DNA of 63,989 bases, filler included, from Diploschistes diacapsis (GCA_023645945.1; 7 parts of 7 records of this genome joined end to end with filler, not necessarily neighbours in it), one strand, 5' to 3'; numbered from the whole stretch's first letter, positions 24,863 through 36,995 are shown. A program made the numbers and translations. Notes: generated by a model from the letters alone, not told the origin.

Positions 24863-25506
24863 GGTAGAGTTGGCTGTGGCCGATTTCACGTAGTCAGGCT
24901 TGTAGATTAAATATTTTGTTTGCGCGATGCGCTCTAGACATGCGCAGGCGTTGTAGATGTTATCATATTGGAAAATGTTTGGTGGGCTACGAACTTTACT
25001 TATAATAGACGTAGCAGCCTCGATTCTCACCAATCTTCAAACGGACAACCGCTTCAGTCCATCTTCTTTTGCTTTTTAGATCGAGACTGTTTGATTATAG
25101 ATGCACCGTTACGTGTCTTGCACGTGACCAATCCCCGTACAGAAGTCTTAATTCTCCAGCTTTCATTTATCGAATAAATCAATTTACATAAAGCTACTTC
25201 AATGCATTAGGTGATGTGGGCGCATTTGGACATGTAATCCATCTTTATATCTTTAATATCTTTAATAGCCTGCCATTACAAGAATAAATAAAATAAAGGA
25301 TCTGATTGGTCCACGTAGAGCTGCGACGTTATGGCCGATCAAAACGCAACTACCGCCAAGTACTGGAGTGAATATGAACTTGATGCTGGGGGTTTTTTTT
25401 CCCTTTCCCTCCTTCTAGTTCACTCAAAGCACGAGCCATTGAGACATAGTAGACTTCAGAATTCCGTTTTACTGATGGTCTGATACCGCGACCTCAACAT
25501 GAGATT

Positions 25507-27798
25507 ATGGTTCGTCAAGCTTACGATTACCGGCTAGCTCTGGTAGGTCTCGATGCTTTCTTCTTCTTTCCTCCAGCAGCCATGATACAACTAGAAAAAT
25601 TCATTGAAGGTGTTGCCCTTCTATTTTATCGACTTCGTGCAATTTGAAACGATGTTTCTCGTCGATTGCAGTTCTTGTTTTCCATTAAAAGCATTGCATT
25701 CTTCACTGAATCACGTGCCTAGGGCCGATCTGCCTTTGAGCTACCTGTCTGGCCTAATGGACGGCGACCTCAGGACAATTCGACCGCCGATTCCGGGCAT
25801 GATAGAACCACGGACCGGAATACTTCATCCTCTGGGTACCGTCAGAGCTATAATGCGAGAGGGCACCCCCAGAATTCAGCGTCAAGGGCTCTAATCCGGC
25901 GAAATGCGAGGGCTCACAATGAGGTCCTTGCGACTGTGCATGTATGCGCGCAGGTGGATGGCGAGGGCAAGGACGTTGGCAAAGTGCAAAGGAATGGCAA
26001 GGCTACGTTGGACAAGAAGCCAAACCCTACCATCGTCCAAGAGAATGAAACCGGGGTTTGGATTAGTATGGCGGAGGACGTGGCCTGCCTTGTTGCAACA
26101 GCCTTTACCGTGAACATAAGACAAAGGATCGAGGTGAGATTTGCCGCCATACGAGAAGCTCGGGCGCGCTTTTAACTCTCTCGCTTAGACTTTCAGCCGT
26201 TATGAACGCCTCTCGCTCATGCAAGTCTCCAGGGCTGAATTCTCTGGCTTTGGCTTCTTCAAGTTCTTTCTCGCTGGGAAATTTGCAAGCACGACTTTCT
26301 ATGGATTGACTACAATCGCAGATGCTCTCATCGAAATGGGCCGTGATTATCTGGTGGAGCGGTTTGCAAGCATAGATCAACTAAATCAGGAACGAAATGG
26401 CTTCAGGCCTTGGATCGATATCCTTGCGCAAGCGTGAGATCCTAATCAACCTGCTTCTTCGGTCCTTGACTAATTTCACAAGGTTGAAAATTGCATCTTT
26501 CTCTTTCCTTTCTCCACTGAAGTTTTTCGCAACGCTCCAACGTCTTGATTTATTACCAGCATGGCCTTTACTACCTACTTTGCCACAGTGGCTGTCCTTC
26601 ACACCCCTTTTGCCACCGTTTCCCACGCAATGGAACCGCTTAACGTTTTCTGCATTTGCAACTGCATTGGCAGCGTCGCCCTTCGTCACGTTTATGTGCA
26701 TGCACTACTTCGCAGATAAAGTCGCGGGCAAGCTATGCAGCTATTCCAGAGCCTCGATCCCTCGTCCGGACAACCCCGATAGCGCTTCCTACCGGGTAGG
26801 CGTAGACGATGGTGTATCGGGAATTACTTCGGTATTGGGATATCCTAAATTCCAAGGAACGTTACGCCAGGAGCTACAGAAAGATATCGAGCACATGCTT
26901 GAAGGACTCACTATAATCCACCACCGGCTACGAAGTAATTTTCGTCGGCTCTTTGACCGGCGTCGGCAGTCTGTGAGCTTTCCCAGAGCCAGCCAACCAG
27001 GTCAGCGAGCCGGCCCGGCCCATGAAAACCACCAAAATTCGCCAGCACCCGAACTCACAACCAGCGTGGAAGTAGAAAGCGCTGGAACTGTTACAACAAT
27101 CTTCCCACCGGCCGCTCCGCCCGAATCTTCAACTGCAACATCGATCTCGCCTCCTCTTACGCCGACTTCGTCAGAAGATTGGGAAACAGCTCAGGAAGAA
27201 CCAAGCAACGTTCGCATCCGAACGCGTACTGGCTCGACCTCCACCCTGCATATGGACGTAGAATTCAATTCTCCGGGGCGGGACCGACCATCAGTGACGT
27301 CTAGCTTTGCCGCGTCGCCGCGCCCAGCTGCTCTAGAGGCAGCATTGCATGGCGCTCATAGTAAGTCATCAGTCTGCATATCTCCGCCGCCCAATCATTC
27401 AGACAAGATATGCTGATGCAGCTGGGATAGAGCCGCATTACCGTGTAACGGCGCTGACGCTCCACGCATCCGATTCACTCGGCTCGCACGTTGTCAACGC
27501 CCTTATGTCACTACTATTTCTTCCTCTAGAGTCATTGTACGTTCGATCTGTAGCCCGCAGTTTTCTTACGGTGGGAAGTTTAGACAGGAGATCCTGGATG
27601 TTGGGTCATACATATCCACTCCAGCATTGGATCCTGCCTGGATTTCATGACGTCGGCTGGCGAGTGTTCGGGGATTATGCGGCGAAGTTACTGCTGTGTG
27701 TAGCCTCAGAGGCCATTATTAGCACCGGAGTTTGGCGTTTAGCATGCCGCTACGCTGAGTGGACTGGAAGATCGTGGTATTCGTGGGGAAAACTCTGA
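25507..27798 (+). CDS. Conserved Pezizomycotina hypothetical membrane protein
   Basis: Spliced N-terminus MVRQAYDYRLAL|GRSAFELP, then YNARGHPQN...RRNARAHNEVLA, ENETG, several hydrophobic segments, S/P/T-rich linker, RVTALTLHASD and terminal WYSWGKL*. Internal exon limits are approximate. Confidence 0.65.
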
Positions 27799-27975
27799 GA
27801 TGCTGGACTGCTTGCCTCTCCTTGTACAAGATACCCCCTTCCTGATTATTTTCACTGTACTATTGGGACGAGTTTATTATTTAGACTGCTTAAAAGAAGC
27901 GTTACCTTAGCTAGTGACCAACAAGCTTACGGCATGAGTTTCCAAGCCTACAAGTCTACTTCGATGGTTTATCTT

Positions 27976-28455
27976 TCAATCGCTCCTGGCCCTCTGTGCC
28001 GACCCCTGCACAAAGGAAGCTCTCCTTTCGTCCCTCAGCGTAATGAAGATCTTTCGTCCAGATTTAGTCTCAAGCCAAACAAGCGGCACCAGCGGACGAG
28101 AGAAAAAACATACCCAGAACCATGCCAGAATGCCCACGAACGCCCAAGAGAAAACGATGCCGTTCCCGAGACCTCCCTCGGCAGCCCCTGGGCTGCCCAC
28201 GGCCAGGCTCGCGGCCTGCGCTGCATCCGGCGGCGTCGCTATGCCCGCGAGCCCGCCGGGCCGGGCGGCGAGGGACCAGGCCGTCAGGGCAAAGAAGAAG
28301 AGAAGCCTCGCGGGAGCCTGGGCGCCCCAGTAAAAGGCCGAGACCTCCGCGTGCATGCTCGTCGCGAGCACGTCGGACACGGAATAGTAGGCGAGCACGG
28401 CGGCCAGCAGGGCTGACACCGCTGATGGCTCGTGGAGAGAAGGGGGATTGTAGCG
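27976..28455 (-). CDS. ILM1: Ilm1-family membrane protein, 3' part (5' end lost at contig break)
   Basis: SDVLATSM...FYWGAQAPARLLFFF...GNGIVFSWAFVGILAWFW|IFITLRDERR; in-frame intron 28051-28113. Confidence 0.78.
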   Translation of the reverse strand, partial: RYNPPSLHEPSAVSALLAAVLAYYSVSDVLATSMHAEVSAFYWGAQAPARLLFFFALTAWSLAARPGGLAGIATPPDAAQAASLAVGSPGAAEGGLGNGIVFSWAFVGILAWFWVCFFSRPLVPLVWLETKSGRKIFITLRDERRASFVQGSAQRARSD

Positions 28456-28517
28456 CTGAGATGAGGAGAGAAGTCAGAAAGATGGAAGGTTGCGAGGAGG
28501 AGGAAGTGGGGGAAAAG

Positions 28518-28617
28518 NNNNNNNNNNNNNNNNNNNNNNNNNNNNNNNNNNNNNNNNNNNNTTAATTAATTAANNNNNNNNNNNNNNNNNNNNNNNNNNN
28601 NNNNNNNNNNNNNNNNN
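28518..28617. other. Artificial contig-joining spacer N44-TTAATTAATTAA-N44
   Basis: Same 100-bp structure occurs six times; the core gives stops in all six frames. Confidence 0.97.
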
Positions 28618-29291
28618 CCCCTCACCGCCGCTCCCCTCACCGCCGCCCCCAGTCCTCACAACTATCCCGCGGATGACGTTCCCATTCTCCTAATGCGTGG
28701 CTTGTATGGATATGCCGCAAGACACCGCATCCCGAATTATTTTTCTCCTCTTATTAGCGACGACGGGTATCTCCGTCATCTGCTGCTTGCGCCGGGGTCG
28801 GCACCGGAAGTACTCTATCCGGCCGCTTTTCCCTTTACGCGACCAGACCAGACGTTGTAGAGAAAAGGCGAGGGTGTCGGCGACGGAGCAGGCGAGGGCG
28901 AAGGGATTGCGGCGACGACAAACGCAAAAAAACGTCAAAGACGCGAAAAATGGCTGAAAAGAAAGAGAAAAAGAAATACTGGGAGAGAAAAAGAGATGCT
29001 GGGACAGTAAATAAATAAACAAATGTGGCTGAGGAAATGAGGTACTTACAAATGTATAATGATCTCATATAAAATGGGAGTACCTACTTTCTTTGGTACG
29101 CTAGTGTAAGAATCAAAAGATTTCGGTCACAATAACTGCTCTGCTAATAATGAAAAAAATGCATGATCATCAGGAAAATATTGCGGAAGGTTTCCCCAAG
29201 CTTGAGCGCGCTTCTTCACAGCTGCACATAGTTCTGCTAGTGTTCTCATTCAAAGTGATATCCAGAGTTGTGCAACTCTTTCTTACTATCG

Positions 29292-30496
29292 ATGTCTCTT
29301 CGACAGCCAGTGCCGCGCATTCAGTGCCTCTACCAGGCAGCTCGAGAACGTGTAGCTGGCTTGCAACCGAGGCTTACTCCATATCGCAACGCAGGCTCTA
29401 CGCCTTCAAGAACCTTTTTGCTACCCTTGGGATCTAGGCGCCTTCTCCACTCGTCTTCGACAGCGCCTACCAAATCCAATAGGTTGGCGACGGCACGAGC
29501 CTTCTCTTCCACTCCCTCCCATCGTCATGCCGCTCCGAAAACAATCCAGCAAGCCAGATCGCGCTACATAGTCGGCGTAAGCTTCCCCGCTGTTCTATAC
29601 TCTAGCTGTACATTTTCTAATTGGTTCTCAGCCTGTGTCATTCCTTTCAATCGGCCTCTTCGTTGGCGCCGGTGTCGGGCTGTACCTTTACTTCCAGTAC
29701 GAAAAAGCGCGTGTGGAGCGTCAACGAATAGCGGAAGCTACAAAAGGCGTTGGGAAACCGAAAGTTGGCGGGCCCTTTGAGCTTGTGGATCAAAATGGGC
29801 AGGTATGGGGAAGCGGAAAGATGAAAGGGAAGTTCTCGCTTGTGAGTCAGCAGTACAAAGCTGGACAAAGGACGAAAAGCTAATATGAACCCCTTATGCT
29901 GCGTAGGTCTACTTCGGCTTCTCCCACTGCCCCGACATCTGTCCAGAAGAGCTCGACAAGATGGCGCACATGCTCTCACTCGTTTCCGAGTCCCATCCAC
30001 CCTCCAATCCCAAGTCTCCCGACCTGTTGCCGGTCTTCATAACCTGTGACCCGGCACGCGACACTCCGGCGGTGCTGAAGTCCTACCTGCGCGAGTTTCA
30101 TCCCGGTCTGATTGGGTTGACGGGTACCTGGGAGCAGATCAAGGCCGTATGTAAGCTGTACAGAGTCTATTTCAGCACGCCACAAGGGGTCAAGCCAGGG
30201 ATGGATTATTTGGTGGACCATAGCATATACTTTTATCTCATGGGTAAGTACTTGTGTTTTTGGAAATGGGGGGACTCAGCAGTTGGAAGTCTAATATGCT
30301 TGCAGATCCTGAAGGCGACTTTGTAGAGGCGATTGGGAGACAGCATACGGCTGAGCAGGGGGCTAAGATTATATCGGACCATATGGGGGATTGGAAAGGC
30401 CGGATTGTGAAGGGACAGGACGCTGAAGAACCATACAATAACAATGTAAGATCTGGGACCAAGCGTCTAGAGCCAAGCCGGACGGGAGCTGCTTAA
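29292..30496 (+). CDS. SCO1: Mitochondrial copper chaperone Sco1
   Basis: Basic, hydroxylated presequence; TM segment; GKPKVGGPFELVDQ; VYFGFSHCPDICPEE (CxxxC); DPARD; YRVYFS; YLVDHSIYFYLM|DPEG. Three introns. Confidence 0.95.
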
Positions 30497-30780
30497 TTCT
30501 TATTGTAGCACTACATCATCTTGTAATAACATACGAAGCTCTCCCCACTATATTTGCTTGTAGACTGCAGTCATTAGGCCAATTTCTATAAATAAAGTGC
30601 TCCCATGTTAGGCAATAACTTTGCCTGCTACCGCAAATCTCCCTGTAGGAGTTACCATTGTACAGTGACGGTTGCTGGCCACTAACTCCTCGTCGCTATA
30701 CATTTCAATAGGTCTTATATATACCGGCGCAACCGTCCTTGCTTCGATTCTTTAGACGTCTACCGGATTCAAAAGCACAG

Positions 30781-32704
30781 ATGGCGCAAGCGGAAGAAGA
30801 TATCAAGTACACGGTCTTCATCAAGTTACCATTTCCGCGCGGCGACTTCGTAGACCCGCCTACGGTACGCTCATCTCTTTTTTACAGTAACGAAAACGCC
30901 CGAATCATAGCCTAGTATGGGGCGAGGTATGCGATGATGCATTGGAAAAGCTTGCTAATGACAAAGTCAGGCAAATTGGAACACGGCAAAGGAGGCAGCG
31001 CTATGGAAGACGCTGAACTCTACACCCAAGGGAGCGCAAATTGATTGTGAGTGACTGAAAGCCTCTGAAACGGCTGACTCGATGGCTCACCACCCATTAA
31101 GGGGAAGAGTTGTAAGTCTATCTCCATACGATGAACTACCGCGCGGACTCCGATCGCAGCGATCTTCATGAGATAGTGTACATGGAGGAATCTGATCACT
31201 CTCAGAGCGGAGACCTTTTCAGCAACTCCTGCATTCCTACTACAGCAGGCAGCTTGGCTATATGAGCGTCAGCTGTCCCATGTGAGAGAACACCTACAGG
31301 TTAAGCACGCCAAGTCCGCCTCGAATGCCACCGGGTCTGGCTCCGGTTTGCCAGCACTGCCTCCTGAACTGGGAAGTGGTACGACTGCAGCAGGAACAGG
31401 TGGCCATGCTATGGCGAGTGGAGGAAGTACTAGAGGTTCGTCTGGCTCCTCTCATCGAGCCGGCCTTAAGGCCTGCTTCAACGTCTTGAGATATCACTAA
31501 ATTTGCTCATTGAAGGTACCAACTCCAGGGCCCCGTCAGCGCTGTCTGTCAGGGCCAAAACAAGCAAAGACTTGAGAGCCGATGCTAGTGGACCTAGTAC
31601 GCCGATTCAAGCACAAGGTATGCTGGCTCAACCACCAATAAGGAAATTGTTCCCCTAATGTCGCCAGTGCCTTACTCTCGCACGACATCTACGAGTACAG
31701 TCACTCAAGTCCAGCGATCTCCGTCCGGAGCTCAGAGACGGGGGGCAACTATCAGCACTAGCCCACGAGCTCAACGTCTCTCATCTGAAGTCTACCACAA
31801 GGAGCGTGAAGCTCGACAATCAAGCCCAAATCCATCGCTGAATACTCGATCCAACCTCTCCTCTAGCAGCTCGTCATCGTCAGTATCTCTTGATCCTAGT
31901 CAGAGCAGAATCTACAGTCGCCGTCCGGAATTTCCGCGATTAAGAACCAAATCGAAAGGCAAAGCACCCCTGAAAGCCCCCCTGGGCCATGGCGAATCCA
32001 ATTCAGACGATGCCGTGCCCAATGCCTCCGATAATGACGATGAGGAAGACTCCCCCGCCTTCCTCCCATTTTCCAATCTACCTACAACTGCTACTTCCGA
32101 GAAACCCACTCAAGACCTCGGCGCCACCCTCCGCCGCTTTTCTCGCAAAGGCGAGCGCCCGAAGCTTACTCCACAGCCACATCCTAAACCACAAGCCCAA
32201 CCTCGCTCTGACTCCTCCTCCGGCACCCTATCCTCACCGCCGAATCTCCGCTCAGCATCCTCATCCGTCCCTTCCCTCTCGTCTCCTGGCGCACCTTTGC
32301 GCAGCCCAACCTCTTCCAACCCTAACACCGCACTTGCAACTCTATCACCCAGACAGAGACGGTTAGCGCAAGAAGGACCCGGTAGCGAAGGCACTCCCAG
32401 CATGGGCAGTTCTTTCTCGGACCTAGATGATGCGAGCGTCACGCATTCTGCAATGGAGGAGGCGTTGGCGGGGCAGATGAGGGCCGCAGGAAGCAAGCTT
32501 GGGGTTGGAATGGCGAGTCTAGGGGTCGTGGGGAGGATGGGAGGTCTTTGGAGGCAGGGGGTTGAAAGGGGTAAAGCCACTGCAACGGGCGCAGCTGGAA
32601 GAGTTGGAGCCGCAGGTGGTGGGTCAAGGACGCCGGAGAGCGAGCAAATAAGTAAAGGGAAAGAGGTTGAGAGGCCTGTAGAAAGGAGCAAGAGATCCAA
32701 ATGA
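30781..32704 (+). CDS. ATG29: Autophagy protein Atg29
   Basis: YTVFIKLPFPRGDFVDPP|ANWNTAKEAALW...ID|WEEL|AETF...FLLQQAAWLYERQLSHVR, plus C-terminal SEGTPSMGSSFSDLDDASVTHSAMEEAL. Includes a 10-nt microexon at 31102-31111. Confidence 0.88.
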
Positions 32705-32786
32705 AGCGGACTAGATTGGAGACTCTCGAAGGGGCTTGAAGGAGTTGAGGAACGCACAGCAAGCGAATGTTTACTATCCTGATTTA

Positions 32787-33755
32787 TCAGTCATACGTGG
32801 CTCGAAGCTCGACCATGTCGATATGCCCTTTGGCTTTCCAATCTCGTTCCAAATCCCCCCTCCTCTTCCCCTCTCCGTCGGTCGCGTGCACGCCCTCGAT
32901 ATTCCCTCCCTCATCCACCCTCACGCTGACTAGTCCTCCAAGTCGCATGTGAAAGCTCGCCTTCCTGCGCTCTGGGTCCTCAAACACCGTCTTCCTCACG
33001 CTCTCCGCCTCACCCAGTCTCACCAACGCATCCTCCCGTCGCTGACGCGAGACCAATCTGTTTCTCAGCACCGCCACCAACCCAGGCAAATCCTGTCCAC
33101 GTGCATCATTCGTATTTCCGTCCTCATGTCGCTCGTTGTTGCGTCCAACGCCCTCGTCCTCATTCTCATCCTCCTTCTTTTCCGACAGATACCTCTCCGC
33201 CAGCCCCGCCACACCCGCCCACTCCTCGAAGCAATGCCGGTGCACCCTCACCCCTTTCTTCACTCTCCGGTCCTTATCCACCCACGGCCGATGCAGCAAC
33301 AGGTACCGCGGCTTCCCATATTTCCGGCTCCGCGCAGAGAAGCTTTCGAACCGCACGCCCAGCACTCGGCCCTTGTTCGGCGCGGACGGGGCGGGGTCCA
33401 GACACGGAAACGCGTTTGCGGGGAGGAGGGTGCGATGGAGGAGAGCGGTCGACTCGCGGCCGCGACGGACACAGAGCTCGGAGACGGTGGAGGGCTCGGA
33501 GGAGGCTGCGGATGCGGGGCCCGGGGCGAGGGTGCGCATGTGCGGCGAGGTGGAGAGGAGGTGCGAGGTCAGGATTTGGCGTCGGGAGGTCAGCGAGGAG
33601 ACTGCGCCCCCGGCGTTAGTCGGGGACGGCAGCGTCAAGGAGTTGGCGGAGGGGGGGGTGGTACGCTGTTCTCGCATCGCGCGGATCTCCGCGTCGACGG
33701 ACTCGATCGTGCGTTGTGTTTCGCGCACCGCCGAAGAGGGACTGGCGGGGCTCAT
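32787..33755 (-). CDS. Kinetochore CENP-O/Mcm21-family protein
   Basis: N-terminal coiled coil; DPAPSAPNKGRVLGVRFE, KPRYLLLHRP, VRVHRH, LAERYL, QDLPGLVAVLRNRL. Intronless; probable start MSPASPSS at 33755. Confidence 0.75.
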   Translation of the reverse strand: MSPASPSSAVRETQRTIESVDAEIRAMREQRTTPPSANSLTLPSPTNAGGAVSSLTSRRQILTSHLLSTSPHMRTLAPGPASAASSEPSTVSELCVRRGRESTALLHRTLLPANAFPCLDPAPSAPNKGRVLGVRFESFSARSRKYGKPRYLLLHRPWVDKDRRVKKGVRVHRHCFEEWAGVAGLAERYLSEKKEDENEDEGVGRNNERHEDGNTNDARGQDLPGLVAVLRNRLVSRQRREDALVRLGEAESVRKTVFEDPERRKASFHMRLGGLVSVRVDEGGNIEGVHATDGEGKRRGDLERDWKAKGHIDMVELRATYD

Positions 33756-34022
33756 CGCGGTTTGGCTGACGGCGTCGGAGATAGTTGGCCGCGTAGTTGG
33801 GCAGACAATGTATCGGCGCTTCGAGCTGGAGTCACGGGCCTGGCACGATACTTCTTTCATTCGTTGTTACTGGAACCCGTATGCGAAATACATGATACTG
33901 ACTTTTGTTTCGCTCCGCACGCGTTATAGGACTCATAGCACGAGCGGTTGTTGTGACCGAGACAGAACATGTATTTTACGATTAGCCTCTGCGCCCTTTT
34001 TGCGGGTCCTTCAATTAATATA

Positions 34023-34443
34023 CAGTACTAGGCCAAAAGTAGTTAGGTACACCATAAGCGGCAGTAAATAAACAGTCCAACTCTTACTATTATTCTTACA
34101 ACTATGCCTCCCTGTTGAAAGTGGTGGAAGTTCCTAATAGATAACTGATGACTAAGAGTGTATTCTTCAGCTAGTCCTAACTAGGGAATAATCCTAGCCT
34201 GCCTAGCCTGGTAGCTGACTATTGTTCAATGATTATATTGAAGAGGTTCAAGGTTATAACTATGAACGATGGAGGGTGAGAGGCCTTTTATAGGCACATT
34301 TCACGCTAATGTGATTAGTAATAATCTAATCTAGAATGTTCTTTATCCTTCCAAATCATTTTATACATTAATAAACCGAATATTCTAGAATATTCTAGAA
34401 CATTCGATAATATTCGATAATTTTCGATGATATTTTATTATGT
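34023..34443 (+). mobile_element. Degenerate Tc1/mariner-like DNA transposon left end
   Basis: TA|CAGTACTAGGCCAAAAGT resembles a Tc1-type terminus after a TA target. It is followed by a stop-riddled ATGCCTCCCTGTTGAAAGTGGTGGAAG, which restores to MPPRRKRRK by TG>CG changes. TA-rich; runs to the contig end. Confidence 0.5.
34377..34406. promoter_or_regulatory. Perfect heat-shock-element-like array (six alternating nGAAn/nTTCn pentamers)
   Basis: cGAAt aTTCt aGAAt aTTCt aGAAc aTTCg, continuing as a decaying 10-bp tandem repeat to about 34430. Confidence 0.45.
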
Positions 34444-34543
34444 NNNNNNNNNNNNNNNNNNNNNNNNNNNNNNNNNNNNNNNNNNNNTTAATTAATTAAN
34501 NNNNNNNNNNNNNNNNNNNNNNNNNNNNNNNNNNNNNNNNNNN
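34444..34543. other. Artificial contig-joining spacer
   Basis: N44-TTAATTAATTAA-N44. Confidence 0.97.
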
Positions 34544-34576
34544 GAATGGGGGGATGGAGTGACGGGGGGCTGGAAA

Positions 34577-34675
34577 GGTGGCTCAGGTGACTCAGGTGGT
34601 TCAGGTGGCTCAGGTGGCTCAGGTGGCTCAGGTGGCTCAGGTGGCTCAGGTGGCTCAGGTGGCTCAGGTGGCTCA
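34577..34675 (+). repeat. 9-bp tandem repeat (GGTGGCTCA)x11
   Basis: Eleven units; unit 2 is GGTGACTCA and unit 3 is GGTGGTTCA. Confidence 0.95.
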
Positions 34676-35142
34676 GGCTAGCTAGCTCGCTTCAGGTACA
34701 GGATTGCCGCAGTAGAAAGACGATAAGACCCGGCCGTCAATCATTCACACCATCATCATCTTCTTCTTCTTCTTCTTCATCATTCAATCTCGCTCTCTAC
34801 TCGAGACGAAGTGGGAAGCTGCAGGTGAAATCCAGCCAAGACGAAAAGGTACTGGACGGGGCAGTTTGGTGCAACAGTGCTGGGAACTCTGATTCGTTCA
34901 CTTGAGATTGAACTAGTCTGCCTTCATGTTATCAGCCCGTGAACCACTATTATTGGCAGGTGCGAAGTCACCTTTCTAAAAACCCTAGATATACATACAT
35001 ATGCAGTCGCTTCGCTTTTCTCTTTCCTTCTTCACCTTCTTCCTCTTCCCTTGCCTTTTGGTATCTCTTGGAAACATCCGATTCCTTATTGCTTAACCCC
35101 CCTCCTTCTTCCGCACCGCATTGTTACCGAGTATAATCCACC

Positions 35143-36995
35143 ATGCACTTCTCAGTGGCCGTCAAGGCCGCCATCCTCTCGGCTTTTGCTTCTCAGACCC
35201 TCGGAGCAACCCTTCTGGAGTCGCTGGAAAGCATCCCCAACGGATGGAGTGAACACTCGACCCCGGATGTCTCCCATCAGGTCATCCTGTCCGTCAGCCT
35301 TCCGCAGCAGAACCTCGACCAATTCTACAAAAAAGTCGATTCCGTCTCCGACCCCAGCAGCAAGGAGTACGGCAACTTCCTGCAGAAGAACCAGGTTGAT
35401 GACATTCTGAGGCCCTCCAGCGCCTCCAAGACCGCCGTGACATCGTGGCTCAAGAAGAACGGTGTGAGCAAGTACGCGTCGGACGGATTCTTCGTCAACT
35501 TCGCCACGGACGTGCAAACTGCGAACAAGATGCTTGGCGCAAACTTCAAGCACTACAGCAAGGACGGTGTGTCCAAGCTACGGACTCTGTCCTACTCGGT
35601 CCCAGAGAGTGTGGCCCCGCACGTTGACTTCATCACCCCCACCACCTATTTCGGCAAGACTGCGCCGTTTGCACCAGTAGTCCGCTACGCGTCGGAGAAC
35701 ACGCTCGACGCCCGTGCTACCGATCCCAGCTGTGCCCAGCGCATCACTCCCCGGTGCATCCAAGAGCTCTACAACACAGTTGGTTACACTCCCGACAAGA
35801 GCTCCGGCAGCAAGATCGGCTTCGGCAGCTTCTTGAACCAGTCCGCGCGTTACGCCGACCTGGCCAAGTTCGAGAAAACATACAACATCCCGTCCCAGAA
35901 CTTCACCGTCGTCCTCATCAAGGGCGGCGTCAACGACCAAGCGGTGGACGACAACCACGGCGAGGCCAATCTCGATGTTGAGAACATCGTCGGTGTCGCC
36001 CATCCGCTGCCCGTCACCGAGTTCATCACCGGAGGTTCTCCGCCCTATATCCCGAACATTGATGGCCCCGCCGGCGACAACCAGAACGAGCCTTACCTTC
36101 CGTACTACAACGCCCTCCTTGCACGCAACAACAGCGAGCTGCCCCAGGTCATCAGCAACTCGTACGGCGACGAGGAGGACACGGTGCCGCTCAAGTACGC
36201 TCAGCGTGTGTGCAACCAGATCGCACAGATGGGTGCTCGAGGTATTACCATCCTCGAGTCCTCCGGCGATCTCGGCGTTGGCGCCGGGTGCAAGGTCTCC
36301 GGCAGCAGCAATCAAACGCGCTTGAACCCGATATTCCCTGCGACATGCCCCTACGTAACCGCTGTTGGCGGCACGCAGGCGGTGAAGCCCGAGATCGCGT
36401 GGGTCGCGTCCTCGGGTGGATTCAGCGACTACTTCCCGCAGCCGAGCTATCAGAAGGCCATGGTCCAGCAGTACCTCACCAACGAGATCTCCGCGGATGC
36501 AAAGGCTTACCTGGCGCCATACGTCAACTACACGGGTCGTGGGTTCCCCGATGTTTCCGCCCACTCCCTTACACCCGAGTAAGTAGTTCCCCGTTCGCGA
36601 TGGGGAGAACCTCGCAAAAAGAACTGACGATTGCCTCTAGCTACTATGTCGTCGTCAACAACCAGCTTACCCAATCCGGCGGTACCTCCGCCGCGGCGCC
36701 CGTTTGGGCCGGCATCATCGGTCTCCTGAACGACGCACGCTTGCGCGCCGGCCAGAAGCAGCTCGGTTTCCTCAACCCCCTGCTCTACTCCACGCTCTAC
36801 AAGGGCCTGAACGACATCACGGGCGGTAAATCCGTTGGCTGCAACGGCGTTAATGGCCAGACAGGCCAGCCTGTTGCCGGCGCAGGCATCGTGCCAGGCG
36901 CTGCGTGGAACGCCACCACTGGCTGGGACCCAGTTACGGGCCTGGGCACTCCCGACTTCCAGAAGCTCAAGACCCTCGTGCTGGGAAGCTCTTAG
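35143..36995 (+). CDS. Secreted sedolisin / tripeptidyl-peptidase (peptidase S53)
   Basis: Signal peptide; prodomain (VSDPSSKEYG, LRTLSYSVP); catalytic EANLD, SSGD, GGTSAAAP; terminal Ca-site GWDPVTGLGTPDF. Intron 36579-36640. Confidence 0.95.

Noticed and set aside
28562..28573. Recurrent palindrome TTAATTAATTAA at ~5.9-kb spacing as a biological repeat or CRISPR-like array
   Set aside because: Always centred in exactly 44+44 Ns; it is a six-frame-stop assembly linker.
28618..29022. Possible 5' end of a minus-strand gene (MTEIPVVANKRRKII...) divergent from SCO1
   Set aside because: Too short and truncated by the contig edge to support a call.
32949..34071. Long plus-strand ORFs (326 aa, 311 aa) over the CENP-O gene
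   Set aside because: Antisense shadows of a GC-rich coding sequence with no recognisable motifs.
35578..36564. 328-aa minus-strand ORF, and similar shadow ORFs over IRC5, UTP13 and the permease
   Set aside because: Antisense to well-supported genes with strong third-position GC bias.
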